Below, one piece after another: positions 29,787 to 41,102 of a stretch of 64,000 bases of DNA. Origin of the DNA: Candidatus Omnitrophota bacterium (lineage in GTDB: Bacteria > Omnitrophota > Gorgyraeia > Zapsychrales > Fredricksoniimonadaceae); assembly GCA_903944345.1 (NCBI GenBank), contig CAJARJ010000014.1, positions 64,990-128,989 of the forward strand, given 5' to 3'. A program made the position numbers and the translations under genes. The number at the start of each line of letters is the position of its first letter. Position 1 is the stretch's first letter. The notes beneath the pieces are model-generated. The model had not been told where the DNA came from, made no database searches, and worked only from the letters and a program-made list of their open reading frames with translations.

Positions 29787-30692
29787 TCAAACATAGTCCA
29801 TGAAATCTTCCGGCAGCGGAACGGACAATTCGAGTCTGTGCCCGCTGCGAGGATGATCAAAAGCTATCGCCTGGGCATGCAGGGCCATACGAGGGAAATT
29901 TCCTTTATTGCCATATTTTTCGTCTCCCATAATCGGATGACCGCTATGACGCATATGCAACCTGAGCTGATGGGTTCGCCCGGTACTTGGATAGAGCGCC
30001 ACTGCAGTCAGCCGCTGGCAACGCCTGATAACAGAATAAAAAGTTTCTGCTGTCTTGGCCGGCTCGCCTTCTCTGGCAATGCGCCGCATATCATGATGTT
30101 TCGGATGCCGGGCAATGGCGGCGGTGATCCGCCCCTCATCGAACTGCACAACACCTTCAACCAGAGCAACATACTTTTTTTCTATCGAATGCTCCTCAAA
30201 CTGGGCAGCCAACCGGGCATGAGCGAAATTATTGCGCGCCACAAGAATAATCCCGGACGTTTCCTTGTCGAGACGATGCACGATCCCGGGACGCTTGCCC
30301 CCATTGATATCGGAGAGTTCATCAAAATGATAAACCAGAGCATTCACCAGAGTCCCGCTATAATTCCCGGCAGCCGGATGAACCGATATCCCGACCGGCT
30401 TGTTCAGTGCAATGACATCGCCGTCTTCCCAGACAATATCCAGCTGTGCCGGCTCCGGCTTAAGGCGTTCGTCCGGATAATCCTCATCCCTGACATCCAG
30501 GTCAATCCGGTCACCGGGCTGAACATGATAACAGGCACGTGCCACAGCGCCATTCACCAGCAGTCGACCATCATCTATCAAACGTTTTACAAACATGCGC
30601 GAAGGAATAACGTCCGGCAGACTACGGGCCACATAAATATCTACCCGGATATCCTTGTCCTGTTCGGTAATTGTCAACGTGTGCGTTGTCAT
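29787..30692 (-). CDS. RluA/RluD-family pseudouridine synthase with S4 domain
   Basis: NKPVG..VHP, GIVHRLDKETSG, TGRTHQLRLH, GHPIMGD..YG. Confidence 0.93.
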   Translation of the reverse strand: MTTHTLTITEQDKDIRVDIYVARSLPDVIPSRMFVKRLIDDGRLLVNGAVARACYHVQPGDRIDLDVRDEDYPDERLKPEPAQLDIVWEDGDVIALNKPVGISVHPAAGNYSGTLVNALVYHFDELSDINGGKRPGIVHRLDKETSGIILVARNNFAHARLAAQFEEHSIEKKYVALVEGVVQFDEGRITAAIARHPKHHDMRRIAREGEPAKTAETFYSVIRRCQRLTAVALYPSTGRTHQLRLHMRHSGHPIMGDEKYGNKGNFPRMALHAQAIAFDHPRSGHRLELSVPLPEDFMDYV

Positions 30693-31420
30693 GATCGAGT
30701 CCGGTTCAGACGAATTTGTGCATAAAAAGCAAACATAAAAACCACCAGACATACATACTGGAAAATACTCAGTCCGGCGTATAAAAGATGATCCGCCCTG
30801 AAAAACTCGATGAAAAAACGGTCAATCGAGGATAACAACAAATACCAGACAAAAATCTGGCCGTCACGAAAATTCCGGGAAGCAGCGATCCTTAATAAAA
30901 CAAAAATCACCAGCTGGGTCAAAGACATATAAACCTGGGTCGGATGGACGGCAACGTCAAAGGAAGGAAAAACAAGCCCCCACGCCACTGGCTTGCCGTA
31001 ACAACAGCCGTTGAGCAGGCAACCGACCCTGCCGATAGCATGCCCCAAAGCCACATAGGGAGCCGCCAGATCGAGAAAGCGCCACACCGGAATATTCTTC
31101 TTGCGCAAATAAACGACAAAAGCGGCCAGACCGCCAAAGAAACTGCCCTGCCAGGCCAATCCGCCATTCCAGAGCATTACAATCTCGAGCGGCGAAGAAA
31201 TAAAATACTTCAGGTTCAGAAAAACATAAAAAAGACGCGCCCCGGCTATACCCGAAAGCACAACCCAGAAAACAAGATCATAAACAACATCCCGCGCGAT
31301 TCCCATGCGCTTGCCCGCTTCCCGCGCAAGCAACCCTCCCGAGAGCAGCACGGCCAGAGCCAGCATCAATCCATAACTGTAAAGTGTAAAAGGGCCAAAC
31401 GAAAAAAGCTTTGGATACAT
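30689..31420 (-). CDS. lgt: Prolipoprotein diacylglyceryl transferase
   Basis: YSYGLM, GARLFYV, GGLAWQG, AIGRVGCLLNGCCYG, HPTQVY, RFFIEFFR. Confidence 0.95.
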   Translation of the reverse strand: MYPKLFSFGPFTLYSYGLMLALAVLLSGGLLAREAGKRMGIARDVVYDLVFWVVLSGIAGARLFYVFLNLKYFISSPLEIVMLWNGGLAWQGSFFGGLAAFVVYLRKKNIPVWRFLDLAAPYVALGHAIGRVGCLLNGCCYGKPVAWGLVFPSFDVAVHPTQVYMSLTQLVIFVLLRIAASRNFRDGQIFVWYLLLSSIDRFFIEFFRADHLLYAGLSIFQYVCLVVFMFAFYAQIRLNRTRS

Positions 31421-31442
31421 AGTCTAAGTCCGTTATGAAAGT

Positions 31443-31940
31443 CTATGGTTTCTTCGGAGCAACCTGCCAGGGCCAGGAAAAACATTTCCCCATAATAATG
31501 ACGGCCCCGACACTGATCGCACTGTCGGCCACATTAAAAACGGGCCAGATCCGGAAGTCAATAAAATCGATCACATAACCCAATAAAATCCGGTCAGTAA
31601 GATTGCCGATTGCTCCGCCCAGAATCAGGGAAAAGGCAACAACATACCAACGATCAAGCTCCGAGCATTTATGGTAATAATAGATATTGTAGAGCAACAG
31701 GGCAACCGCGATCAAAGGGATGACCAGATAAACAAACCCGTTGTCCTTGAAGAGACCAAAAGCGATCCCGGTGTTATGCACCAGGGTAAAATGAAAGAAA
31801 CGATAAATGATGGGTAAAGATTCTCCGATCCGCAAAAGATCGGAAAAAAAGATTTTGGTCAAGCGGTCAACCAGAACCACAACAACGACTGTACTGAGGC
31901 ACAGGGCAATATCCGTAAAAGAATTGTTGTGTTTACGCAT
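31443..31940 (-). CDS. lspA: Lipoprotein signal peptidase II
   Basis: DRLTK, NTGIAFG, GGAIGNLTDR, VIDFI, WPVFNVADS. Confidence 0.96.
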   Translation of the reverse strand: MRKHNNSFTDIALCLSTVVVVVLVDRLTKIFFSDLLRIGESLPIIYRFFHFTLVHNTGIAFGLFKDNGFVYLVIPLIAVALLLYNIYYYHKCSELDRWYVVAFSLILGGAIGNLTDRILLGYVIDFIDFRIWPVFNVADSAISVGAVIIMGKCFSWPWQVAPKKP

Positions 31941-31999
31941 AAAACGCCTTGGTCCGGATCAAGGAACTATCAGAAAAAATTATTGTGTGCGAGCGGGAA

Positions 32000-32386
32000 T
32001 CATTTCCCCAGCTTGCGATCCATTTCTTCCTGGACTTCAAGGCAGTACTCTGCGTAAGGAATCGCCTTCAAACGCTGATCAGGAATACGCTTTCCTGACT
32101 TGAGACAAAAGCCATACACGCCCTTATCGATCCGGGCAAGAGCATCATCAATACGCGAAATAACCTCCCGGTCATTGGACGCCAGCGAAAGATTGAACTC
32201 CCGGTCATACATATCGGTGGCCACATCCGCCATATGCAAAGCATGACCGGATACATCCCCCTTGTCTCCCTGCTCACCCTCATTTTCATCAGACATGCTG
32301 CGGATATCGCCTTGGATCTGCCCTTTGATCTTGAGTAACAGCTTCTTATAAAAATCCAGCTTCTTTTCGTCCATTTTATCGGGCAT
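32000..32386 (-). CDS. TraR/DksA-family transcription factor
   Basis: Coiled-coil tip HMADVATD; IDDALARIDKGVYGFC; RLKAIPYA..C. Confidence 0.85.
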   Translation of the reverse strand: MPDKMDEKKLDFYKKLLLKIKGQIQGDIRSMSDENEGEQGDKGDVSGHALHMADVATDMYDREFNLSLASNDREVISRIDDALARIDKGVYGFCLKSGKRIPDQRLKAIPYAEYCLEVQEEMDRKLGK

Positions 32387-32414
32387 TTCGAAACATCCTT
32401 CTTGTGATTGACGG

Positions 32415-35219
32415 TTAATCCTCACCTTTCACCGCTGCAGCACATCGCGGGCATACTCCGGGATGATCTGGATCAAGACCAAGATCCTGCCGGTAATTCC
32501 AGCAACGCGGACATTTGTCTCCTTGCGCACGGGCAATAACAATTTCTGTGGCCGGAAAAACTCCACCGACAGCAGACACTACCGCCGTAACCCGCTCAAT
32601 CGAAACCGCGGAAACAATAAAAAGCATCGGCAATGTGTCGAGCAACGCTTCAAAATATTCGGCGTCACGCTGACTTGCCGTACGAATAATGACCCGGGCT
32701 TCCAGCGAAGCCCCGATAGCCCCCTCAGCGCGCCTAGCCTCCAGGGCCTTGAGAATATACGGCCGCAGCTGTGTCAGGAGAGCATAGCGTTCTTCCAAAG
32801 CTGAATCGTGCCAGGACGAATCGACGCAAGGCCACGAAGCCAGATGAACGCTGTTATCCGGAACGGCACCAGGAAGAAAGGTAAACATTTCTTCGGATGT
32901 GAACGCCAGAACCGGCGCAAGCATCCGGACGACTCCGTCGGCAATATAATAAAGAACAGTTTGTGCCGAGCGCCTTTTCAAGGATCGCGAGCCGGAAGTA
33001 TATATTCGATCCTTGAGGATGTCAAGATAAAAGCCGGAGAGATCCTCGTTACAAAAAAGATATATCTCCCGAATGACTGATGAAAAATCATAACGTTCAT
33101 ACGCCGCAGTCACCCGATTGACCAGTCCCGCGTAACGGCTCAAGGCCAGACGATCCACTTCCAGCAGCTGAGCGGACTCGACCTTGTGCTCCGCAGGAAT
33201 AAACCCGTCCAGATTGGCCAACAGATACCGCACCGTATTACGAATCTTGCGATAGGCATCCACCAGCCGGTCCATGATCTCTTTGGAAAGCCGGATATCA
33301 TCATTATAATTGGAAGAAGCCACCCACAGTCGCAGGATGTCAACACCGTTATTCTTGATCACATCGTCAGGAGCTATGACATTGCCCAGTGACTTGGACA
33401 TCTTGCGCCCGTCACCGTCAACCACAAACCCGTGAGTAAGAACCTGCCGGTACGGAGCCCGGCCATCCAGGGCAACCGAAGGAATAATCGAAGACTGAAA
33501 CCAGCCGCGGTGCTGATCAGAGCCTTCCAGATAAAGATCGGCCGGCAGGGGCAGTTTGAGCATTCCGTTAAAAACAGCCCGGTGACTGACCCCGGAATCA
33601 AACCAGACATCCAGAATGTCGTGTGTCTTTTCGAAATCTTCAACTTTCCCCTGGGCGGGTTCAAACCCCTTGGGCCACAAAGCCGCCAGGTCCCGCTCAA
33701 ACCAGACATTGGAACCATGCTCTGCCGCCAGACGGGCAACATGGTCAACGAGTTCGGGAAAAAGATACTGTTCATCTGTGCCCTTACGTCTGACTGCAGG
33801 GATGGGAACTCCCCAGTTGCGTTGACGGGAAAGGCACCAGTCCGGCCGGGTCTCGACCATGGCCCGGATACGCTCCTGCCCCGCCGCCGGAAACCACTGG
33901 ACATCCGAATGAATGGCCTCTTTAACCCTGGCACGCAATCCCTCATGATCAATCTTCAGGAACCACTGCCAGGTCGCCCGGAAAATAATCGGTTTCTTGC
34001 AACGCCAGCAATGTGGATAGGAATGCCGGATATCCTCGGAATAAAACAACAACCCCCGCGCATCCAGCTCGGCGATCACCTCAGGATTGACTTTGGAAAC
34101 GTGCTTCCCGGCAAAAATACCGGCTTCGTCCGTAAAAACACCCCGATCATTGACCGGCATCAGAATATCAAGTTTATAACGCAGGCCGGTCTGGTAGTCG
34201 TCCTGACCGTGTCCCGGAGCTGTGTGTACAAGACCCGTACCGTCTTCCCTGGTCACGTAATCCGCCGCAACCACCCGTCCGGACTTCTGCGGAGCAAACG
34301 GCCGAGCATATTCGAGCACTGTCAGCGCGCTGCCCTTGAACTCCCGCAAGACTTTCCAGTCCAGCCCGTTTTTTGCGGACGCACCTTTATCCAGAACACC
34401 CGCAGAAAGATTTTTTTCCACAATCAGCTGTCCGCGAGTTGTTTCTACCAATACATAATCAAAATCCGGATGCACCGCAACCGCCACGTTTGCCGGCAAT
34501 GTCCAGGGCGTTGTGGTCCAGATCAGAAGGAAAAGCTCGGCCTTGTCGGCAAGCCCCAAAACCACCGGATTGGTAACCCTGAGCTTGACAAAGACTGCCG
34601 AAGAGGTGTGATCTTCGTACTCGACTTCCGCTTCGGCCAGTGCAGTTTCGCAATCACAACACCAGTTCACCGGCTTACGATTACGATACACATAACCCTT
34701 ACGGGTCAACTCGGCCAAGGTTTCCAGAATACAGGCTTCATACCAGGGTGCCAGTGTCAGGTAGGGTTTGTCCCAATCCCCCATAACTCCCAACCGCTTG
34801 AACTGTTCCTTTTGCAAACCAACATGCTTCATGGCGTAATCATGCGCCTTGCGGCGTAATTCAAGGCAATCAATGTCGGACTTTCTGGCTTTGAGTTCCT
34901 TGAGCAAGGCATGCTCGATAGGCAGCCCATGACAATCCCACCCTGGAATATACCGGCTGTCAAAACCCTGCATGGTTTTGTACTTAACCACAACATCTTT
35001 AAGAATCTTGTTAAGCGCATGGCCAATATGGATATTACCGTTGGCATAAGGAGGCCCGTCGTGCAGAATAAACGGCTTGCGCCCCCTGGCTTGCTCCCGA
35101 ATACGGGTATACAAACCGGACTTCTCCCAGGCGGCCAGCATTTGCGGCTCTTTCTGGGCAAGCCCCGCCTTCATGGGGAAATCTGTTTTCGGAAGGTTGA
35201 GTGTTTTTTGATAATCCAT
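32415..35219 (-). CDS. ileS: Isoleucine--tRNA ligase (type 1)
   Basis: [45 protein letters not shown]-terminal Zn motif CPRCW...CPRC. Confidence 0.98.
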   Translation of the reverse strand: MDYQKTLNLPKTDFPMKAGLAQKEPQMLAAWEKSGLYTRIREQARGRKPFILHDGPPYANGNIHIGHALNKILKDVVVKYKTMQGFDSRYIPGWDCHGLPIEHALLKELKARKSDIDCLELRRKAHDYAMKHVGLQKEQFKRLGVMGDWDKPYLTLAPWYEACILETLAELTRKGYVYRNRKPVNWCCDCETALAEAEVEYEDHTSSAVFVKLRVTNPVVLGLADKAELFLLIWTTTPWTLPANVAVAVHPDFDYVLVETTRGQLIVEKNLSAGVLDKGASAKNGLDWKVLREFKGSALTVLEYARPFAPQKSGRVVAADYVTREDGTGLVHTAPGHGQDDYQTGLRYKLDILMPVNDRGVFTDEAGIFAGKHVSKVNPEVIAELDARGLLFYSEDIRHSYPHCWRCKKPIIFRATWQWFLKIDHEGLRARVKEAIHSDVQWFPAAGQERIRAMVETRPDWCLSRQRNWGVPIPAVRRKGTDEQYLFPELVDHVARLAAEHGSNVWFERDLAALWPKGFEPAQGKVEDFEKTHDILDVWFDSGVSHRAVFNGMLKLPLPADLYLEGSDQHRGWFQSSIIPSVALDGRAPYRQVLTHGFVVDGDGRKMSKSLGNVIAPDDVIKNNGVDILRLWVASSNYNDDIRLSKEIMDRLVDAYRKIRNTVRYLLANLDGFIPAEHKVESAQLLEVDRLALSRYAGLVNRVTAAYERYDFSSVIREIYLFCNEDLSGFYLDILKDRIYTSGSRSLKRRSAQTVLYYIADGVVRMLAPVLAFTSEEMFTFLPGAVPDNSVHLASWPCVDSSWHDSALEERYALLTQLRPYILKALEARRAEGAIGASLEARVIIRTASQRDAEYFEALLDTLPMLFIVSAVSIERVTAVVSAVGGVFPATEIVIARAQGDKCPRCWNYRQDLGLDPDHPGVCPRCAAAVKGED

Positions 35220-35412
35220 ATAATCCTTCTGGGGTTTGCCCTTTATGCGGCGCTCGGACATCTGCCAGTCGCTCGGACAGTTTTCACACACTTCGTTTCT
35301 TTTCGGAAGCAAAAAATTAATGCCGATACAATTTATATCAAACGAAACGTTTGTCAAGACTATCCGCGGGGACGCCTTCCCGGGCTGCAAACGCCTGTGG
35401 GCCAATCCGGGT

Positions 35413-36273
35413 TTATTTCATATATTTGCCAATTATAATCTCCAGATCCCGCTTTTTCTGCTCCGGAACAAGATCCGGACGGGTCACAATAGCCCCTTCA
35501 AGCGCGGAAGACGCGGAAAATTTCTTGATGCGGCCAATTCTGGGAATCGCAAGTTTCAGAATCTTTTCGGCATTTTTGATATTTTTAGACAGACATTCAA
35601 TAATCATCTCGACAGTAACCGTCCCGTGCGAATGATGCCAGCAGTCATAGTCTGTCACCGCAGCCAGTGTTGCATAAGATATCTCGGCCTCCCGAGCCAG
35701 CCGGGCCTCGGGCAGATTGGTCATTCCAATAATGTCACACCCCCAGGAACGATACAGTGCCGACTCGGCCTTGGTCGAAAATTGCGGCCCCTCCATATTC
35801 AGATAAGTTCCATTCTTGTGCGCATCAACTCCTGCTTTTTCACAAGACTGGTAAACGATATCCGCAACTTCATCAGACACAGGCTCGGCCATGCTGATAT
35901 GGGCGGTAATCCCCCCCGAAAAGAATGTGCTGTGGCCGCGGGTTGTCATCCGGTCAATAAACTGATCCGGAACCACAAAATCCAGGGGCTTGATCTCGAG
36001 CTTCAGACTGCCGACCGCTGACACGGAAACAATCGCGTCAACTCCAAGTTTCTTCATGCCCCAGATGTTCGCCCGACAATTGATCTCGGACGGGGAAATG
36101 CGATGTCCGCGCCCGTGACGAGGAAGAAAAACAACCGGAGTCCCTTCCAGTGTGCCCGTTACAAAAACATCCGACGGGTCACCAAAAGGCGTTTCCAGCG
36201 ACACCTCCCGCGCATCCTGCAAACCGTCAATCTGATATAAACCGCTCCCGCCAATGACCCCGACTGTTGCCAT
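35413..36273 (-). CDS. mtnP: S-methyl-5'-thioadenosine phosphorylase
   Basis: [45 protein letters not shown]. Confidence 0.95.
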   Translation of the reverse strand: MATVGVIGGSGLYQIDGLQDAREVSLETPFGDPSDVFVTGTLEGTPVVFLPRHGRGHRISPSEINCRANIWGMKKLGVDAIVSVSAVGSLKLEIKPLDFVVPDQFIDRMTTRGHSTFFSGGITAHISMAEPVSDEVADIVYQSCEKAGVDAHKNGTYLNMEGPQFSTKAESALYRSWGCDIIGMTNLPEARLAREAEISYATLAAVTDYDCWHHSHGTVTVEMIIECLSKNIKNAEKILKLAIPRIGRIKKFSASSALEGAIVTRPDLVPEQKKRDLEIIIGKYMK

Positions 36274-36310
36274 AGACCGACTCCTTTAGCGTATCTCTTT
36301 ATTTTAGAAA

Positions 36311-37090
36311 CTACCGTGCCAGCTCTTTAGCCCTGTCCCTCGCGGCGGTCATCGCCGAAACAAAAAGAGCGGGCATTCCCCCGGCCATAAAAACATCCAT
36401 CGCCGCCTGGGTTGTGCCGCCCTTGGAGGTAACCATTGATCTTAACCCGGCGGCAGAATCCTTTGAGCCCGCCAGCAAACGCGAAGATCCCAGCAACGTT
36501 CCCTGAACCAGCGTCCGTGCTTCCTTTTCGGTAAACCCCAGATCGCGTGCGGCAGTCATCATGCACTCCGCAACCAGAAAAATATACCCCGGCCCACTGC
36601 CGGAAACCGCCGTAACAGCGTCCATCTGGGATTCCTTGAGAACCAGGCTGTCCCCCACCCCGGAAAAAATGTCCTGCACCAGTGCCAGATCTTTGGCACT
36701 CGCACTGCGTCCACGGCAGACCGCGCTGACACCCTCACCAATCATGGCCGGAAGATTGGGCATCACACGAACAACCCGTGCGGATCGCAAGGATTGTTCC
36801 AGAAATGCCGTACGAATGCCGGCAGCTATCGACACAAAAAGTTTTCCCTTAAGCGGCTGGCCGGCAATATCGGCTAATAATGCCGGGAAATCCTGTGGTT
36901 TAACCGCGAGCAAAATAACATCGCAGGCCGTCAGCAATTCCGCAAGCGAACAGGAAGACACCTTAAACTTCTTTTTCAGATACGCCCTGCGTTCTGCTCT
37001 TGGCTCACACACCAGGCATGAATGTTTCTTGTAATTGCCGGCAAGTATGGCTTCTCCCATATTACCACAACCAATAAACCCGATCTTCAT
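36311..37090 (-). CDS. proC: Pyrroline-5-carboxylate reductase
   Basis: GFIGCGNMG, LAVKPQ, SIAAG, RVMPN, TAVSGSGP, VTSKGGTT. Confidence 0.96.
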   Translation of the reverse strand: MKIGFIGCGNMGEAILAGNYKKHSCLVCEPRAERRAYLKKKFKVSSCSLAELLTACDVILLAVKPQDFPALLADIAGQPLKGKLFVSIAAGIRTAFLEQSLRSARVVRVMPNLPAMIGEGVSAVCRGRSASAKDLALVQDIFSGVGDSLVLKESQMDAVTAVSGSGPGYIFLVAECMMTAARDLGFTEKEARTLVQGTLLGSSRLLAGSKDSAAGLRSMVTSKGGTTQAAMDVFMAGGMPALFVSAMTAARDRAKELAR

Positions 37091-37091
37091 C

Positions 37092-37799
37092 TCAAACCTC
37101 CCGATGGGAACTCTCTCCGAATACTGCCGAACCAATCCTGACCATATTGGCCCCCTCTTCAATCGCTATAGTATAGTCTCCACTCATCCCCATGGACAGA
37201 TATTTCATTTGGCCACCGCCAGGTAACGGCCGGGCAGCCAACTGCTGAAAAAGACCGTAACAATCCCTGAAAACTCCACGGATTCTTTCAGCATCCTGAC
37301 AAAGAGGAGCCATAGTCATCAATCCCTGCAGACGAACATGCGCCAGCGCGGATAGTCCGTCCAGCATTTGATCAATCTCTCCGGGAGAAAGGCCGAACTT
37401 CTGCTCCTCCCGGGCGATATCCATCTGAAGAAGAATGTTCTGAATTTTGCCGCAGGCTTGCGCCCGCTTATTGATCTCAAGAGCAAGCTTCAGACTGTCA
37501 ACCGACTGGATCAAATCAAAAAGACGCACAGCATCCCGAACCTTGTTGGTCTGCAGATGCCCAATCAGATGAGTGGTCAAAAGCCGTCCACCGGCATCCA
37601 GCAATGGAAACTTTTCGTCAGCCAGCTGAACACGATTTTCGGCAATATGCGACAGTCCTGCCCGAAGGGCCTCATTAACGGCCTGGACACTGGCGAATTT
37701 GGTAACCCCTACAAGAATAATATTATCGCCGGAACGACCGGAGCGTTTGGCCGCCGCGCGAATATTGTCTGTGAGATGTTGCAGATTGTTACTGATCAT
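37092..37799 (-). CDS. yggS: PLP homeostasis protein, YggS family
   Basis: VGVTK, ENRVQ, HLIGHLQTNK, GLMTM, LSMGMSGDY, MVRIGSAVFG. Confidence 0.95.
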   Translation of the reverse strand: MISNNLQHLTDNIRAAAKRSGRSGDNIILVGVTKFASVQAVNEALRAGLSHIAENRVQLADEKFPLLDAGGRLLTTHLIGHLQTNKVRDAVRLFDLIQSVDSLKLALEINKRAQACGKIQNILLQMDIAREEQKFGLSPGEIDQMLDGLSALAHVRLQGLMTMAPLCQDAERIRGVFRDCYGLFQQLAARPLPGGGQMKYLSMGMSGDYTIAIEEGANMVRIGSAVFGESSHREV

Positions 37800-37814
37800 A
37801 AGACAGCCCTGCTG

Positions 37815-38234
37815 TCAATCCGGGGCGGACGTCTTTTCCGGGGCGGCAGGAATAAAAAGATTCCTTGAAGTCTTTTCAGCCAAGATCTCCATGATTCTGG
37901 ATAAAAGATCCTGAAAACGAACCGGCTTGACCAAATAGGCACTGATCCCGTGCCGGCAGAAGATCGGCTCCATGGAGTCGTAGGCCGTAAGCACAATAAT
38001 CGGGATATTTTCCGCGCCGGGGATTTTCTTGCGCTCGTACAAAAAGGCATAGCCGTTCATCTGGGGCATTTCAATATCAAGGACAATAAGGTCAACCGGG
38101 CCTTCGCGTAAAACCTTGATGGCCTGCTCGCCGTCATTGACTCCGATAACGGAAATCCCCTGCTGCAGAAGCTTCTTTTTTGTGACGTCGACAACCAGCT
38201 CTTCGTCATCAACTAACAGGACTGTTCCTACCAT
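37815..38234 (-). CDS. Single-domain response regulator (receiver only)
   Basis: LLVDD, LDIEMPQMNG, VLT, YLVKP. Confidence 0.9.
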   Translation of the reverse strand: MVGTVLLVDDEELVVDVTKKKLLQQGISVIGVNDGEQAIKVLREGPVDLIVLDIEMPQMNGYAFLYERKKIPGAENIPIIVLTAYDSMEPIFCRHGISAYLVKPVRFQDLLSRIMEILAEKTSRNLFIPAAPEKTSAPD

Positions 38235-38294
38235 ATGAGTGGAATTATATCTGCAAAAAGTGGCAGAACAATCATTAATATGATTTTTTTAACA

Positions 38295-41102
38295 TTACCC
38301 CTGCAAGATGCGGGCCAGCTCATGATCCTCAAAAGGCAAATCCGGATCCATAATCTGTGACATCAGATAATCAATTGCCTCCAGATACGGAGCCAGAAAG
38401 ATCTCGGGCCGGGGTGGAATTCTGCCCTCAAAGACAGAATCCAGCCTGACTTCCCGCAAACGATAAAGCCCCGCATCGAGGATTTGCCCCGGATAAAGCC
38501 TGGATCCCAAATAAAGATAAAGCGGAAGCTGAAAAGACCCGGCTTTTCTGTAAATCTCCTCCCGTCCCATCCCCCGGGTAAAAACAAAATCATCCGGAGG
38601 TATCCGGTCAGCGCTGCCGGTCTTGTAATCCAGTATCAGCAACCGCCCGTCTTTCATCCTGTCCAGACGGTCGATTCTTGATTTGAAACGAAAACGCCCG
38701 CAAGGAAGCTCCATCCACTCGTCACAGGCTTTTTCGACAGACACAACCTCCGCGATGTCCGCCTGCCTCTCGAGCGTATCCTCCAGAATGGAACGAAACT
38801 TGTGCTCCGCGACAGCCCGCACCAGAAAAGAATCCGAACGCATCCTGCGCGAAAAATGCTCGTCGAAGAAACGCTCGAACAAATGCCAGCCCCGCGCGGA
38901 ATCTGCGGAGGAAAAGGCAAACGGCCGTCCGGCCAGCGGCCGAAAAAGTTCCTCCAGCAGACGATGCCAGAAATTTCCGACCATCAGCGCGTCCGGCTCA
39001 TCGAGCAAATTCTCCGGCTCCCTCAGGCCCAGTACAAAAGTCCGGTAGAAACGAAAAGGATTCTCCAGATACATATTAATGCTTGTCGCCGAGAAAGAAA
39101 AACCGCGCAAAAATTCCATCGTCAACGGTGTTTTGCGTGCCTGCCGGCTAACCGAAGACAGCCGCAGGGCAAAACCCGCCCGCTCGGTCGGGAACGGAAT
39201 CACATCTCCCCGTTTTTTCTGTTCCTCCCAGACAAGTTCCTCCACAAAACGACTGGGAGCCTTTTCTTTTGTATCCTGATAAACCAGGTGTACCCGTTTG
39301 GCGGATGAAATAATACGCATAAACTGATAACGCTGGATATCCTCCTCTTCCTCGATACGCTCCAGACCAAGCATGGAAAGAATCTCGCGCGGGATAAGCG
39401 AGGAACGCACCTCAACACCCGGCAGAACCCCTTCGTTCACATCCAGAATGATGACATTATCAAAGTCCAGCGAGCGTGTCTCAAAAAGCCCCAGAATCTG
39501 TAATCCCTTGAGTGGCGCCCCGGAGAAACTGACCACCTCGCTATCGACCCGGCTCATAAAAATCCGTACCAGATCGTCCATAGACATCACTTCCGAAGCG
39601 AAAGAAGCTTTTGCAAGTTCGTCTTTGAGTGAATACAGACGTTCGGCAATATTGACATTTAAAGGATAATGTCCCCAGGAAGCTCCCTGCGTCAGAACAT
39701 CCAGAAAATGACCGACCGCGTCCGCGAAAGCGCCCAGGGTATTGACGTTCTCCCAGGCCTCGAAACACAAATAATGGATCCGCTCCAACCCCTCGCGCAA
39801 TCGGGCAGCAGAGACTTCTGTTGCAGCCTGCGACATTTCAAGGACCAGGCCGTCAAAAACAGCCTTGTCATCCAGAACCTCGGCCAAAGAAAAAAACAAT
39901 GTGCCCGATAATGCCGTCAGAGAACGCCCACTTAGCGCCGCTTCCAGGCGGCGGACAAGCGCGCTCATCAGCCCCGGGGCCGCAAACAGGTCGGAATTCC
40001 GAATAAAGGGATGCCGGACAAGCTTCAGATAATCCCGGGAGTAATACCGGCCATTGCGGCGGGAAGCCTGAGCTGCAAACACAAAACGCAACAGAACCAC
40101 CACACTCCCGCGATTAAGCGGATACCCCATGGAAACATTAAATTGCCGGACAGCCTGCGGCAAAGACGAGATGAGCGGAACCAGTGCCCCTGTGTCGGGC
40201 AAAACCACCACCGTGCGCTCGAGCGCGTCAACCCCGGACAGAATGTCCCGGGCGATCGCGGCCTGGGAATGCATATCATACGCCGCATGAACCTTGAGTT
40301 CATTTCTGACCGGAACAGGCTCAGAACCCTCCGTGATATCACAGCCCAGCCTCCCGGAAAGACGTTCCAGCACGCTCCACTTGCGCCGGTCTCCCTGGAA
40401 AAAGAATGTTGCCTGCCCCCGCTCATAAAAAGAGCGAACCAGAGTTTCCTCAGTGCTGTGAAAATGAAAAAAGTTGGCGAAAATAATCTCGTCGAAAGGC
40501 AACAGTGGCTGCTGCCGGGAATTGGCGGCCGCCCGCATGTACTGCATGCCGCGTGAAGCTTTCCCCCGGGCCAGCAGATTGCCATGAAACGCCTCGCGCA
40601 ATACAGAAACCCGGGACAAAAGCCGGTTAACTGACTCGGGGACCGGAAAACCGATACGGGCGCTTTCTTCGACATTAAGAAGCTTCCGGGAAGAAATATC
40701 CTCAAGATCCGCCTGTTCAATAAAACGCCGCAATTCCCTGGCCCAGGGCAAAAAACGCGCAAAGTCCTCACGCCCTCCCAGCAGTTCAGGAGTCAATTCG
40801 CGCACCAGCCGGTAAATTTCATAACAATCATCCAGTTCTCCGGAGGAAGGCGCCAGAAAACCGGACTGATTGGCCGCAAGATTGACCAGATCATCAATAG
40901 CAAAGAAAGCCGGCAATTCCAGCACTTGCCTGTGCCTGCGGGCCAGTTCCCTTTTAAGAAAAAGAACCGGACGTTTTCCGCCGAAAACAACAGCCAGACG
41001 GGACATGGGCCTGCGCACGGCAATATATTCACGGCTGATATATCCGGCCAGTTCGGCAATAAAACTTTTTGTAAAATCAACCGTTACCACTCGCCCCTTC
41101 AT
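38295..41102 (-). CDS. addB: AddB-like inactive helicase/PD-(D/E)XK nuclease
   Basis: NVSMGYPL, GLQILGLFETRSLDF, NEGVLP, FSATSI..Y, RIDRLD...ILDYKTG; overlaps the addA stop. Confidence 0.8.
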   Translation of the reverse strand: MKGRVVTVDFTKSFIAELAGYISREYIAVRRPMSRLAVVFGGKRPVLFLKRELARRHRQVLELPAFFAIDDLVNLAANQSGFLAPSSGELDDCYEIYRLVRELTPELLGGREDFARFLPWARELRRFIEQADLEDISSRKLLNVEESARIGFPVPESVNRLLSRVSVLREAFHGNLLARGKASRGMQYMRAAANSRQQPLLPFDEIIFANFFHFHSTEETLVRSFYERGQATFFFQGDRRKWSVLERLSGRLGCDITEGSEPVPVRNELKVHAAYDMHSQAAIARDILSGVDALERTVVVLPDTGALVPLISSLPQAVRQFNVSMGYPLNRGSVVVLLRFVFAAQASRRNGRYYSRDYLKLVRHPFIRNSDLFAAPGLMSALVRRLEAALSGRSLTALSGTLFFSLAEVLDDKAVFDGLVLEMSQAATEVSAARLREGLERIHYLCFEAWENVNTLGAFADAVGHFLDVLTQGASWGHYPLNVNIAERLYSLKDELAKASFASEVMSMDDLVRIFMSRVDSEVVSFSGAPLKGLQILGLFETRSLDFDNVIILDVNEGVLPGVEVRSSLIPREILSMLGLERIEEEEDIQRYQFMRIISSAKRVHLVYQDTKEKAPSRFVEELVWEEQKKRGDVIPFPTERAGFALRLSSVSRQARKTPLTMEFLRGFSFSATSINMYLENPFRFYRTFVLGLREPENLLDEPDALMVGNFWHRLLEELFRPLAGRPFAFSSADSARGWHLFERFFDEHFSRRMRSDSFLVRAVAEHKFRSILEDTLERQADIAEVVSVEKACDEWMELPCGRFRFKSRIDRLDRMKDGRLLILDYKTGSADRIPPDDFVFTRGMGREEIYRKAGSFQLPLYLYLGSRLYPGQILDAGLYRLREVRLDSVFEGRIPPRPEIFLAPYLEAIDYLMSQIMDPDLPFEDHELARILQG

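Noticed and set aside
35225-35245. GGCAAACC in the ileS leader resembling a c-di-GMP-I riboswitch; T-box also considered
   Set aside because: It lacks the GAAA-capped P2 and GCAAAGC continuation, and there is no T-box sequence or terminator.
11540-35274. Exact 13-mer CTGCCAGTCGCTC shared by the ssb leader (11540-11552) and the ileS leader (35262-35274)
   Set aside because: Dozens of chance 13-mer pairs are expected in 64 kb, and the flanking structure differs.
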